A DNA stretch of 64,000 nucleotides from positions 5,012 to 69,011 of the forward strand of contig CANRQN010000003.1 of assembly GCA_947641575.1 (NCBI GenBank), read 5' to 3'. This document shows, piece by piece, positions 10,670 through 20,987 of the stretch. Made by a program: the position numbers and the translations under genes. Under the pieces are notes generated by a model. It searched no databases. It was not told the DNA's origin and saw only the letters and a list, made by a program, of their open reading frames with translations. This DNA comes from an uncultured Clostridium sp. GTDB lineage: Bacteria > Bacillota > Clostridia > TANB77 > CAG-508. The stretch's first letter is position 1; every line of letters begins with the position of its first letter.

Positions 10670-10826
10670 GGTAATTAATATTTATTTTATCGAAGTGACG
10701 CGTAGCTAGGAGCGAGTTTAGAACCTGTTAGACATTTTAGCTTGCGTTTAGCAAGCTTACACTTAAGTCTTTACAGGTTCTACGAGACGAACAACAATGA
10801 ACGAGAATAAATAAATATTAATTACC
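10670..10826. repeat. MITE-like palindromic element, family A, copy 1
   Basis: About 157 bp, bounded by inverted repeats ggtaattaatatttattt / aaataaatattaattacc. Near-identical to 44409..44564. Confidence 0.8.
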
Positions 10827-10840
10827 TGAATAGAAGTAGT

Positions 10841-11689
10841 TTATTGCTCAACCTCTATGCCACGTGCAACAATCTCAATATCACGTATATTCATCGCTGT
10901 AAGTTTTTCAATTTCTTTTTTACACTTCTCTTTAAAATCTGTTAAAGTTTCTACTAAATTATATCCATAAAGCACAATTACTTCTATATATATACTTGGT
11001 CCTTCTTCGTACTTTGTAATTCTCATTTTTGCAAGTTTGTATATTCCTTGTGCTTTATATGCTAAGTATTCTATAATTTGTCTAAAAACTGAATCTGATA
11101 TTGTAAAATTTCCCATATAACTAAAGGTTGGACGTATTATGGATTTTTCTGAAACATATGGTGCCTTTCCAAGTCCTTTAGACTTGAAAATTTGAAGTGG
11201 ATCCAATATATATCCTGAAAAATCCTTCTTAATTTCAAAAGTTGGTACTGGTATAACATGCTTCCCTTCTGTAACACGTATACGTCTAGCAGTTTGCATT
11301 TCTTCCTCTGTTGCAATATCTTCTATTCTTATAATTTTAGAAATTGCTGGAAGTCCTAAATTTTCTGCAATTTTATGTACCATATTATCTGATGTCCCTA
11401 AAATCATTATGCTTTCTGGCTTATATTTTCTTATTGCACTTTGTATTTCCTTTTTTTCTTCAGGAGTTTGAAAAAGTGCATGTTTAACTGTTTCTATTTT
11501 AGTTGCAGCCTTCTTTGCAGAAGAACCTGCAATAACCTCATTATCTTTTATAAAAAGCCCATCATCAATTATATATTCTATATTATTTTCACTAGCAACT
11601 AACTGTGCTCTATAACTTTTTCCTGTCCCTGATGGACCAACAAACGCATAAACCGTTATTTTATTTGTAAATATTGTAGAAATTAACAT
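10841..11689 (-). CDS. P-loop ATPase with C-terminal Asp23-like domain (uncertain family)
   Basis: Intact 282-aa ORF with a GPSGTGKS Walker A. No CGG in phase. Confidence 0.5.
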   Translation of the reverse strand: MLISTIFTNKITVYAFVGPSGTGKSYRAQLVASENNIEYIIDDGLFIKDNEVIAGSSAKKAATKIETVKHALFQTPEEKKEIQSAIRKYKPESIMILGTSDNMVHKIAENLGLPAISKIIRIEDIATEEEMQTARRIRVTEGKHVIPVPTFEIKKDFSGYILDPLQIFKSKGLGKAPYVSEKSIIRPTFSYMGNFTISDSVFRQIIEYLAYKAQGIYKLAKMRITKYEEGPSIYIEVIVLYGYNLVETLTDFKEKCKKEIEKLTAMNIRDIEIVARGIEVEQ

Positions 11690-11707
11690 TTAGGTTATTC
11701 TTCCTTT

Positions 11708-13228
11708 CTAATATTTCTCAAGTATCATAACTCCATATGAATAATCATGATATTTTGTATATATCTGTTCTTTGTCTTTTATAATCTTTATGTTTTCCTT
11801 AGGTAAAACTTCATAAATCCACATATCTGCTGCATGTACTAGGCAAATTCTTCCCGTATATTCTTTTAAGAACTCCCAGTCATGACTATCTCCAAGGTTG
11901 TGTACTATTTCCATTCCTGGCGCATAAGCTTTATATGCTTCATCTACGTTCCAAGTTGGGTCGCAAAGGAATACACTTCTGTATTCAGGGAACATTGATG
12001 CCACTACTCCTCCTACTCCAACATCTGAAAATACTATCATATCTCCTTCTTGCAAGTTCTCTTTTAAATAGTCGTATACTTCTACATTTCCTGGTTCATA
12101 GAATAAATCTATATTTGTTATATTAGTTATTGTTCCAAGTATTGTAATAACTGCAAAAATTATTCCCATTATAACTTTATTCTTTTCTAAGCTAAACATA
12201 TATGCAATCCAAAATATGTATAATCCTGTCATTACAAATAGATATCTTGAAAATAATACTGGTCTCCATATAATTAGTGAAATAAGTAGCATAATTCCTA
12301 TTATTCCTACATATACAAAGAAACTAAGGAGAGCGGGTAACATATCAGTATGTTCCTTTTTATATTTATATGTCCTAAATGCCAAATATATGTACAAACT
12401 AACAGATGAAACTAATGCAATTATTGTATGTGCATCAAATACAAAATTACTGTCTAATTCTCTTCTAAACTGGAAGCTCAAAAGTTCTACAGGTGTACTT
12501 ATAGGATTTATTTCAATCCAAAATCCATTATGTACATGAGCAATCTGTCCTAGTAAAAATGCAAGCCAAGGAATATATAATAGAATTTGAATTCCTGCTA
12601 AAATTAAGAAATTCCTTAAATCTAATTTTGCTTCTTTTCTATTTCTTATTAGATAAATTAAAAGAATTAAATTTATTAAACATGTTGTAATCAAAGCATA
12701 ATAGTGTATATAGCATGCGCATATGCTGAATATTCCAAATAATATAAGATTTTTGGTTTTGCCTTTTACTTCTTTTTCTTTAATGTTTTTATAAAATCTA
12801 TATGCATATATTGCAGTTAAAGTTATTATCAAAAATGACCATGAATACATTCTTAACTCTTGTGAATGTGCTGTCATAGCTGGTAAAAAGAATGTTAAAA
12901 ATGAGAAAAAGATACCACACTTTTCTCCAAAATCTTTTCTAATATGTGTATACCCTAAAATCCCTACAATTATTGTAGCAGCAAGTGAAAATAGTCTAAA
13001 TGCTAAAATACTATTTCCAAATATTAAATAAACTATATGTAAAGCCCAGTAATATAGTGCTGGGTGAACATCATTTCCTGTAATTGTCCAAATTTCTGCA
13101 AAATTATGCTTTGCAATGGCTACTGAATAGCTTTCATCAAACCATAATGATGTGTGAAAAGCTGGTAAGCTTATAAAGATTATTCCTAAAACAATTATAA
13201 GAATATGTATTATTTTTGATTTTTTCAT
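11708..13228 (-). CDS. ArnT/PMT-like (GT39/GT83-type) polytopic glycosyltransferase
   Basis: Intact 506-aa ORF with about 12 predicted TM helices and a soluble C-terminal domain. Confidence 0.55.
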   Translation of the reverse strand: MKKSKIIHILIIVLGIIFISLPAFHTSLWFDESYSVAIAKHNFAEIWTITGNDVHPALYYWALHIVYLIFGNSILAFRLFSLAATIIVGILGYTHIRKDFGEKCGIFFSFLTFFLPAMTAHSQELRMYSWSFLIITLTAIYAYRFYKNIKEKEVKGKTKNLILFGIFSICACYIHYYALITTCLINLILLIYLIRNRKEAKLDLRNFLILAGIQILLYIPWLAFLLGQIAHVHNGFWIEINPISTPVELLSFQFRRELDSNFVFDAHTIIALVSSVSLYIYLAFRTYKYKKEHTDMLPALLSFFVYVGIIGIMLLISLIIWRPVLFSRYLFVMTGLYIFWIAYMFSLEKNKVIMGIIFAVITILGTITNITNIDLFYEPGNVEVYDYLKENLQEGDMIVFSDVGVGGVVASMFPEYRSVFLCDPTWNVDEAYKAYAPGMEIVHNLGDSHDWEFLKEYTGRICLVHAADMWIYEVLPKENIKIIKDKEQIYTKYHDYSYGVMILEKY

Positions 13229-13318
13229 TTAATTTCTCCATTCTTTTTAATAAAAATATAAGCGTATAATTTAAAATTACACGCCTATATTATATCTTTT
13301 TTATGCTTTCTTGTCAAT

Positions 13319-14548
13319 TTATATTACTTCATTAATTTTTATATCTCTAACATGTTCAATTTTATCCCATTTAGTTTCTCTCTTAAATAAGCACTTAAAG
13401 TTAATTGCTAACCAACTTCCTAAAAATAATGGATAAAATATTAATCCTTTTATCATTGGCTTAATTGGTCTTCCATCAAGTTTTATAATTATAGCTCCAG
13501 TTATTATTGGGAATAAAAATGTTGGTATAATATACATCAAATAATTTTGTATAAGAGCTGCTTTTGTCATTGAATCTCCTATATAAAGTCCTGCATTAAC
13601 TACTAGTAAAAGTATTGTAATAACAAACATTGGAATACTTCCAACTATATATAAAAGTCCATCTAATGTAACCAATGTTTTTTTATCTTTTACAGAGTTT
13701 GCTAAATCTTTTGTATATCTTTCCATGCATTGTATGTGTCCAACTGTCCATCTTGAACGTTGTGACCAACTTTGTTTAAATCCTACTGGTTGCTCATCAT
13801 ATACTATTGCATCTGTTGCCCAACCAAGTTTCTTGCCTTGGACTATTCTTTGTAATGAAAACTCTATATCTTCTGTTAAAGTATAAGTTTTCCATCCATT
13901 TGGTTTAATTACATCAAATTTAACCATAAATCCAGTTCCATTTATTAATGGCGATAATCCTAAGTTATATCTTGCTAGGTGGTAAAATCTATTCATCATC
14001 CAATAGAATATTGCATATCCTGAAGCTATCCAGCTATCTGTTGGGTTTTTAATATCTCTATATCCTTGAACAACTTCTTCACCTTGGCAAAGTTTTTTGT
14101 TCATATTTTTTATAAAGTTTTTATCTACAATGTTATCTGCATCAAATACACAAAAAGCATCATAATCTGCATTTTCTTCTATCTTCTTAGCTAAAAACCA
14201 CTTAAGTGCATGACCTTTTGTTTTTCCAACTGTATCATTTCTTTCATAAACTATTGCTCCAGCTTTTTCTGAAATTTCTTTAGTTCTATCTGTACAATTA
14301 TCTGCTATAACATATACATCAAATAATTCCTTTGGATAATCTTGTTTTTTCAAACTCTCTATTAAATTTCCTACAACTGATTGCTCATTATGAGCAGGTA
14401 TAATTGCCATAAATTTATGATTTTTATTTGTAAGCATTGGTTTATCTTTAAGTTTTACAAAAGAACATATACTTATCAATAATTGATATAGCCAAAATAT
14501 TGTTATTACCCAAACTATTGCTTGTTGTAATATATATAAATATTCCAT
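13319..14548 (-). CDS. processive family 2 glycosyltransferase (membrane-embedded)
   Basis: IIPAHNE, FDADN and QRSRW (QxxRW) motifs flanked by TM helices. Confidence 0.7.
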   Translation of the reverse strand: MEYLYILQQAIVWVITIFWLYQLLISICSFVKLKDKPMLTNKNHKFMAIIPAHNEQSVVGNLIESLKKQDYPKELFDVYVIADNCTDRTKEISEKAGAIVYERNDTVGKTKGHALKWFLAKKIEENADYDAFCVFDADNIVDKNFIKNMNKKLCQGEEVVQGYRDIKNPTDSWIASGYAIFYWMMNRFYHLARYNLGLSPLINGTGFMVKFDVIKPNGWKTYTLTEDIEFSLQRIVQGKKLGWATDAIVYDEQPVGFKQSWSQRSRWTVGHIQCMERYTKDLANSVKDKKTLVTLDGLLYIVGSIPMFVITILLLVVNAGLYIGDSMTKAALIQNYLMYIIPTFLFPIITGAIIIKLDGRPIKPMIKGLIFYPLFLGSWLAINFKCLFKRETKWDKIEHVRDIKINEVI

Positions 14549-14600
14549 TTCAAACCTCTCTTGTTAGTTTTTTTAAATTTAATAGTAAACTATTAAATTT

Positions 14601-14683
14601 TAATGGCTAAGCGCAATCCTTCGTACAGACAAATAGCACTGAGGTGATTTGTCCATGCTAAAGTCTTATAGCCCTAACCATTA
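14601..14683. repeat. palindromic GC-enriched element in the 5' leader of the GT2 gene
   Basis: Outer stem taatggctaag/cttatagcc..ccatta and inner stem gacaaat/atttgtc. Confidence 0.35.
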
Positions 14684-14780
14684 TTAATTATACTATATTA
14701 TTCAAAAAAAAGCAAATTTTTCCTTCTAATTTAATATAAAGTTAAGAAATTTGTTATAATTCAGCAAGTAATTTTTAAAA

Positions 14781-14946
14781 GTCCGCGGCAGGTAGTTATA
14801 TAATATTTTTAATCTGTGAGCATTGACCTTACTCTCTTTCCTTTTGTTATTTATTATAATGTGTATCTAAAATATGAATAATATCTGTCTTAAGCGCCTT
14901 GGAAAGCGGAACAGTTAAAAATAATATATAGCTACCCTGACAGGAC
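14781..14946. repeat. long nested-palindrome intergenic element
   Basis: gtcc..cagg tagttatataatatttttaa pairs with ttaaaaataatatatagcta ccctgacaggac around a core of about 100 nt. Confidence 0.4.
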
Positions 14947-14970
14947 ATCACCTAACTTTAATGCTGAATA

Positions 14971-17070
14971 TTAATCTAAATTCTTAGCTGTAAGATTTAT
15001 TCTACCCTGTTCATCTATCTCATAAACCTTTACTTTAACTGTATCACCAACTTTTAATACGTCTTCAACTTTATTAATTCTTTTTTCAGAAATTTTAGAT
15101 ATATGAAGAAGTCCTTCTTTTCCTCCGCCAATATCAATAAATGCTCCAAAATTCATTATTCTTGCAACTTTTCCATTGTATATTCCATTTAATTCTATTT
15201 CTCTTGCGATTTCTGAAATCATTTCTAATGCTTTATTTCCACTTTCACTATCAGATGAATAAATAAATACATTTCCATCTTCTTGAATATCAATTTTTAC
15301 ACCTGTCTCATCAATTATTTTATTTATCATCTTACCACCAGGACCTATTACATCTTTTATTTTGTCAACTGATATCTTAGTTTTTGTAATTCTTGGTGCA
15401 TATTTAGATAATTCTTTTCTTGGCTCAGCTATTTGTTTTAACATAATTTCATCTAATATATATTCTCTTGCCTTTTTTGTTCTTGCAAAAGCTTCTTCTA
15501 TAATATTATATGTCAAGCCATCAATTTTTATATCTACTTGTATTGCAGTTATTCCTTTTTTTGTTCCTCCAACTTTAAAGTCCATATCTCCAAAGAAATC
15601 TTCTATTCCTTGAATATCTGTAAGCATAATATATTTACTAGGATCTTCCATATCAGTTACAAGTCCTGTAGAAATACCTGCAACAGGTGCTTTTATCGGA
15701 ACTCCAGCATCCATAAGTGCTAAAGTGCTTCCACATATACTTCCTTGAGATGTAGAACCATTTGAGCTTAATACCTCTGATACTACTCTTATTGCATATG
15801 GAAATTCTTCTTCTGTTGGAAGTACTGGAACTAATGCTTTTTCAGCAAGTGCTCCATGTCCTATTTCACGTCTTCCAGGTCCTCTTGATGTTCTAGCTTC
15901 ACCTACACTGTATGATGGAAAATTATATTGATGCATATAACGTTTTGATGTATCTTCATCTATTCCATCTAAGTTTTGTGCTTCTGATAACATTCCAAGT
16001 GTTGCAATAGACATAACTTGTGTTTGTCCTCTTGTAAATATTGCGCTACCATGTACTCTTGGAAGAAGTCCTACTTCACATGATAGTGGTCTTATTTCAT
16101 CTATTTTTCTTCCATCTGGGCGTTTATGCTCTTCATATATCATTTTTCTAACGCATTTTTTCTCTAATTTATAAATAATTTCGCCTATTTCTTGCTTGTT
16201 TTCTTCTGCAAATTCTTCTCCATGTTTTTCTACAATATATGCTGTTATATCTTCTGTTAATTTGTCGATATTTTCGTCTCTTACTTCTTTATCTGTAGCT
16301 TGTACATCTCTATACATTCTTTCTTTAAATTCATTTTCTATTTCTGAATACAATTCTTCTGAAACGGCAAAAGATTTGTACTCAAATTTAGGTTTCCCAA
16401 TTTCTTTTTGGATATTAGAGATAAATTTACATATTTTGATTATTTCTTCATGTCCTTTTTTAATTGCTTCAAGCATGGTTTCATCAGGTATTTCATTTGC
16501 ACCTGCTTCTATCATTGTAACCTTATCCATTGTTCCTGCAACTGTTAGAACTAAGTCTGTTTTTTCTCGTTGTTCTAATGTTGGATTTATAACAATTTGT
16601 CCATCTACATATCCTACATTTACTGCTGCTGTTGGTCCACCAAATGGTATGTCAGATATTGCTAAGGCACAAGATGCACCTATCATTGCTGCAACTTCTG
16701 GTGAATTATCAGGTTCTACTGATAGTACTGTTGCAATTACACATACATCATTTCTAAAATCCTTTGGGAATAATGGACGGATTGGTCTATCTATTGCTCT
16801 TGATGTAAGAATTGCTTTATCAGCTGGTTTTCCTTCTCTTTTTGTATAACCTCCTGGAATTTTTCCTACAGAATATAGTTTTTCCTCATAGTCTACTGAT
16901 AATGGGAAAAAGTCTATTCCTTCTTTTGGTTCTTTTGAAGCTGTAACATTTACCATAACGACTGTTTCGCCGTACCTTACCATAACGCTTCCATTAGCAA
17001 GTTCTGCTATCTTGCCATTTTCAATTATCAATTTTCTTCCTGCAAGTTCTGTTTCAAATGTTTTAAACAT
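14971..17070 (-). CDS. pnp: polyribonucleotide nucleotidyltransferase (PNPase)
   Basis: Intact 699-aa ORF with two RNase PH domains, KH and S1. It contains no in-phase CGG. Confidence 0.95.
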   Translation of the reverse strand: MFKTFETELAGRKLIIENGKIAELANGSVMVRYGETVVMVNVTASKEPKEGIDFFPLSVDYEEKLYSVGKIPGGYTKREGKPADKAILTSRAIDRPIRPLFPKDFRNDVCVIATVLSVEPDNSPEVAAMIGASCALAISDIPFGGPTAAVNVGYVDGQIVINPTLEQREKTDLVLTVAGTMDKVTMIEAGANEIPDETMLEAIKKGHEEIIKICKFISNIQKEIGKPKFEYKSFAVSEELYSEIENEFKERMYRDVQATDKEVRDENIDKLTEDITAYIVEKHGEEFAEENKQEIGEIIYKLEKKCVRKMIYEEHKRPDGRKIDEIRPLSCEVGLLPRVHGSAIFTRGQTQVMSIATLGMLSEAQNLDGIDEDTSKRYMHQYNFPSYSVGEARTSRGPGRREIGHGALAEKALVPVLPTEEEFPYAIRVVSEVLSSNGSTSQGSICGSTLALMDAGVPIKAPVAGISTGLVTDMEDPSKYIMLTDIQGIEDFFGDMDFKVGGTKKGITAIQVDIKIDGLTYNIIEEAFARTKKAREYILDEIMLKQIAEPRKELSKYAPRITKTKISVDKIKDVIGPGGKMINKIIDETGVKIDIQEDGNVFIYSSDSESGNKALEMISEIAREIELNGIYNGKVARIMNFGAFIDIGGGKEGLLHISKISEKRINKVEDVLKVGDTVKVKVYEIDEQGRINLTAKNLD

Positions 17071-17091
17071 AATTTTTACCTCTTTTCTTCC

Positions 17092-17172
17092 CTAGAAGTT
17101 AGATGTTAGACATTAGAAGATAGAAATATTTGAAATATCTACCTTCTAATATCTAATTTCTAGCCTCTAGAA
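17092..17172 (-). promoter_or_regulatory. long imperfect hairpin in the rpsO-pnp intercistronic leader
   Basis: ctagaagttagatgttagacattagaag... pairs with ...cttctaatatctaatttctag. Position is analogous to the RNase III-processed pnp leader hairpin of E. coli. Confidence 0.45.
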
Positions 17173-17224
17173 TAATACACTTAGAGACGTTTGTAAATAA
17201 AAACAAACGCCCCCAACATTTTTA

Positions 17225-17488
17225 CTATTTTCTTAAGCTTAACTTTTCAACTATTTCTTTGTATCTTGTTTCATCTTTTTTAGCTAAATAGTTTAAAAGG
17301 TTTCTTCTTTTACCAACCATTTTTAATAGTCCACGTCTTGAATGATTATCTTTTTTGTGAACTCTTAAATGTTCAGTAAGTTCATTAATTCTTTCTGTTA
17401 AAAGAGCTATTTGTACTTCTGGAGAACCAGTATCTTTTTCTTCTCTTTTATAAGTTTCAATTAATTCTTGTTTTCTTTCCTTTGTCAT
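17225..17488 (-). CDS. rpsO: 30S ribosomal protein S15
   Basis: 87-aa ORF with [21 protein letters not shown] and [14 protein letters not shown]. Confidence 0.95.
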   Translation of the reverse strand: MTKERKQELIETYKREEKDTGSPEVQIALLTERINELTEHLRVHKKDNHSRRGLLKMVGKRRNLLNYLAKKDETRYKEIVEKLSLRK

Positions 17489-17588
17489 ATTAAATACACC
17501 TCTACTTTCTTTGATTTGCCATTTTTCTGAGCTTAAGTGGTGTCATAACCTTAAGCCAAGAAAAAGGTAAGTCTATTTTTACTCTAAT

Positions 17589-17617
17589 ATTTTACTACAT
17601 TTAATAAATAATTGCAA
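17589..17617 (-). promoter_or_regulatory. candidate sigma-A promoter for rpsO-pnp
   Basis: On the minus strand: TTGCAA, 17 nt spacer, TAAAAT. Confidence 0.45.
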
Positions 17618-17646
17618 GTGATTTGTGGCATTTTGTTCCTAAAATT

Positions 17647-17857
17647 GTAACTATTCAGAGATAATTTACTAGAATATCATGTGAAAACAGTAGAAATCCA
17701 GTAGGGGCGAATATTATTCGCCCGCAGACCACAGAGAAATTTCTTCTATGGATCTTCAAAGAATTTTCTTAGGCTATAAATTAGAAATACAGTAAAGCCT
17801 TTGGAGCACGGGCGATTGCTAATCGCCCCTACTCTAGAACTACCTCTGAATAGTTAC
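17647..17857. repeat. MITE-like nested palindrome (family E)
   Basis: Perfect 14-bp terminal inverted repeats gtaactattcagag / ctctgaatagttac. Inner 11-bp repeats agtaggggcga / tcgcccctact each also form local GC hairpins. Confidence 0.6.
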
Positions 17858-17864
17858 GGAAATT

Positions 17865-18777
17865 TCATTCTTCTCCTACAACTTCTATCTCTAATTCAAT
17901 CCTTTTTCCTGTTTTTTCATATACAATATTCTTTACAAGTTCTATTAAATTTAAAATATCTTTTGATGTTGCATTTCCTGTATTTACAATAAAACCTGCA
18001 TGTTTCTCTGAGACTTTTGCTCCACCTATTTGTTTGCCTTTTAATCCACTTTCATCAATAAGTTTAGCTGTAACATAGTCTTTACCTCTTTTGAATGTGC
18101 TTCCTGCTGATGGCATATCATATGGCTGCTTTTCTCTTCTAGCCATTTTAAATTCTTCCATTTTTGCCTTTATTTCGCTTTTATTTCCTTTTTCTAATTT
18201 CAATATACTTTCTAATATTATATACTGTTTATCTGAAAATACACTTTTTCTATATTCAAATTTATGCTCATTTAAAGCTATTTCTTCAATTTTTCCAGAA
18301 TTATCCATAAATTTAGTTTTTAAAATAATATCCTTCATTTCTTTTCCATATGCTCCAGCATTCATTTTTATAGCTCCACCAATTGTTCCTGGAATTCCGA
18401 GACGCAAATTCAAAGCCACTAATTCCTAAATCTAATAATTTTTGTGCAATCATAGCATTCTTGTTTCCACTTCCAGCTGTTACGAATACTTCATTTTCAT
18501 TTTCTTCTACTTCAAATTTATTTATCTCTATTTTGCAAACAATTCCACGTATTCCTTTATCTCTAATTAATAAATTACTTCCATTTCCTAAAATAAATAA
18601 TGGCAATTTATTTTCTTTAGAAAACTGTAAAACACATCTTAGTTTTTCTATATCTTTAACCTTTACAAATATATCCGCTTTTCCGCCTGTTTTAAAGCTA
18701 GTATGCTTAGACATATCTTCATCTAATAAAACATTCTCTTCTCCCAAATTTTCTTTTAATAAGGTTATATTATTCAT
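17865..18777 (-). CDS. murB: UDP-N-acetylenolpyruvoylglucosamine reductase
   Basis: Pieces 18313..18777 and 17865..18419 join by +1 at in-frame CGG (CCG 18397-18399), giving GFEFAS-G-IPGTIGGAIKMNAGAYG. Confidence 0.9.
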
Positions 18778-18891
18778 ATTGTTCCTCCATTTTTTCTATT
18801 TTATCATAAATTTATGAATTTTTATAGTAAATTATGAAAATAAAGTAAAAAAAGAGATTACCTTATTTGAAAAGATAACCCCTAATTATAT

Positions 18892-20275
18892 CTAAAATTC
18901 CAACTTTTCTTCTATCCATTTAGTTAAATCATCTATTTTAACTCTTACTTGCTCCATTGTATCTCTATCTCTTATTGTTACAGTTTCATCAGTTTCTGTA
19001 TCGAAATCTACAGTAATACAGAAAGGTGTACCTATTTCATCTTCTCTTCTATATCTCTTCCCTATACTTCCTGCTTCATCATAATCGCACATAAACTTTT
19101 TTGAAAGTTTTTGATGAACTTCCTGAGCCTTTGGAGAAAGTTTTTTTGAAAGTGGTAAAACAGCTGCTTTAAAAGGTGCAAGTGCTGGGTGCAATTTAAG
19201 TACTGTTCTTGTATCTCCTTCGGCTATTTCTTCTTCTTCATAACTATTGCAAAGAAATGCAAGTGTAACTCTATCTGCTCCAAGTGAAGGCTCTATACAA
19301 TATGGAACATATCTTTCTCCAGTAGTTTCTTCTAGATATGTAAAGTCTTCTTTTGAATATTCCATATGTTTATTTAAGTCAAAATCTGTTCTATCAGCTA
19401 TACCCCAAAGTTCTCCCCAACCAAATGGGAATGCAAATTCTATATCAGTTGTTGCATTACTATAATGGCTAAGTTCTTCTTTTTCATGATCTCTTAATCT
19501 AATATTTATTTCTTGCATTCCAAGTGATAATAAGAAATCTTTACAAAATTCTTTCCAATATGTATGCCACTCCAAGTCAGTTCCTGGCTTGCAGAAAAAT
19601 TCTAATTCCATTTGTTCAAATTCTCTTGTTCTAAATGTAAAGTTTCCTGGAGTTATTTCATTCCTAAATGCTTTTCCTATTTGTGCAATTCCAAATGGTA
19701 TTTTTTTTCTTGATGTTCTAAGTACATTTTTAAAATTTACAAATATCCCCTGTGCTGTTTCTGGTCTTAAATATATCTCAGATTTTGCATCTTCTGTAAC
19801 ACCTTGAAATGTTTTAAACATTAAATTAAACTGCCTAATTTCTGTAAAGTTTTCTTTCCCACAGTTTGGGCATTTTATGTGATGGTTTTTCATATATTCT
19901 ATCATTTTTTCATTTGACCAACCATCTACTATTTGCTCTTCGTTATTTTCATGCATCCATTCTTCTATAAGTTTATCTGCTCTATGACGAGTTTTGCATT
20001 CTTTGCAGTCTATAAGTGGATCACTAAATCCTCCCACATGACCGAGATGCTACCCATACTTTTGGATTCATTAATATACTACTATCAAGGCCTACATTAT
20101 ATGGGCTTTCTTGTATGAATTTTTTTCTCCATGCTGCTTTTATATTATTTTTTAGTTCTACTCCAAGAGGTCCATAGTCCCAAGTGTTTGCAAGTCCTCC
20201 ATATATCTCAGATCCTGCATAAATATATCCTCTTGCCTTACATAAGTTTACTATTGTTTCCATATCTTTTATCAT
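18892..20275 (-). CDS. glyQS: glycine--tRNA ligase (dimeric GlyQS type)
   Basis: Pieces join by +1 at in-frame CGG (CCG 20042-20044), giving [24 protein letters not shown]. Confidence 0.9.
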
Positions 20276-20293
20276 ATTCCTAAAGCATCTCCT

Positions 20294-20952
20294 TTATTTT
20301 TCTAATTTAGTTCTTGTATATATTGCTATAGCAATTAAACTCATTACATATACAAATACTCCGAAGAGAAATAACATATTCATTTACTGGAATTCTAGTA
20401 ATAGCAATACTACTCACATATACTCCATTTATTAGGATAACTAATAATAATGGTAGTATTACCCCTTTTAAAACTCCTAGTTTTCTAAAGAATATTCCAA
20501 AGACTATAATTGAAGCAATTAATGAGATTGCTACTGGTTTAATATATGCTTTTATTAAATCATATACTTCAACTTCTGGCATATGTGTAACTCTTATAAT
20601 TTCATGTGTATGTGTTTCTTCTCCTTCAATCTGTTCTTCTATTTTTAAAGATGTATATTTTTCTTCTAATTTATTTTCAAGATTTTCCTTTTGTTCATTT
20701 GTTACACTTTTTACTGTTATCATTACTTCATCTTTAAAATCATTTGTATATTCTACTTTATAGTTATTTTCTCCAAATACTTCTTTTGACATTTCTTCTA
20801 TATCTTTGATTTCAAAAGTTTCTGCAATTTCTACAACTAGCTTCTCTGAATATCCATAATCTTTTCCTAAGTTAAATCCAGCCTTCATAATTATAACTAT
20901 TCCGAACTACTATAACTAGAACAAACAAAGCTATTATTATTTTATTTTTCAT
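20294..20952 (-). CDS. SecF-like small membrane protein (family uncertain)
   Basis: Three pieces join by +1 at in-frame CGGs (CCG 20902-20904, VLVIVV-G-IVIIMKAGFNLG; CCG 20361-20363, VISL-G-VFVYVMSLIAIAIYTRTKLEK). Confidence 0.5.
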
Positions 20953-20987
20953 TTATATTTTTCTCCTTCTTTTCTTAGTTTTTCAAA

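Noticed and set aside
16196-16849. Long antisense ORFs in the track, such as 16196..16849, 24944..25411, 29442..29984, 38478..38936 and 50006..50587 on the plus strand.
   Set aside because: They are shadow ORFs opposite well-supported minus-strand genes. They have low-complexity Ser/Phe/Leu/Ile-rich translations, no RBS and no recognisable motifs.
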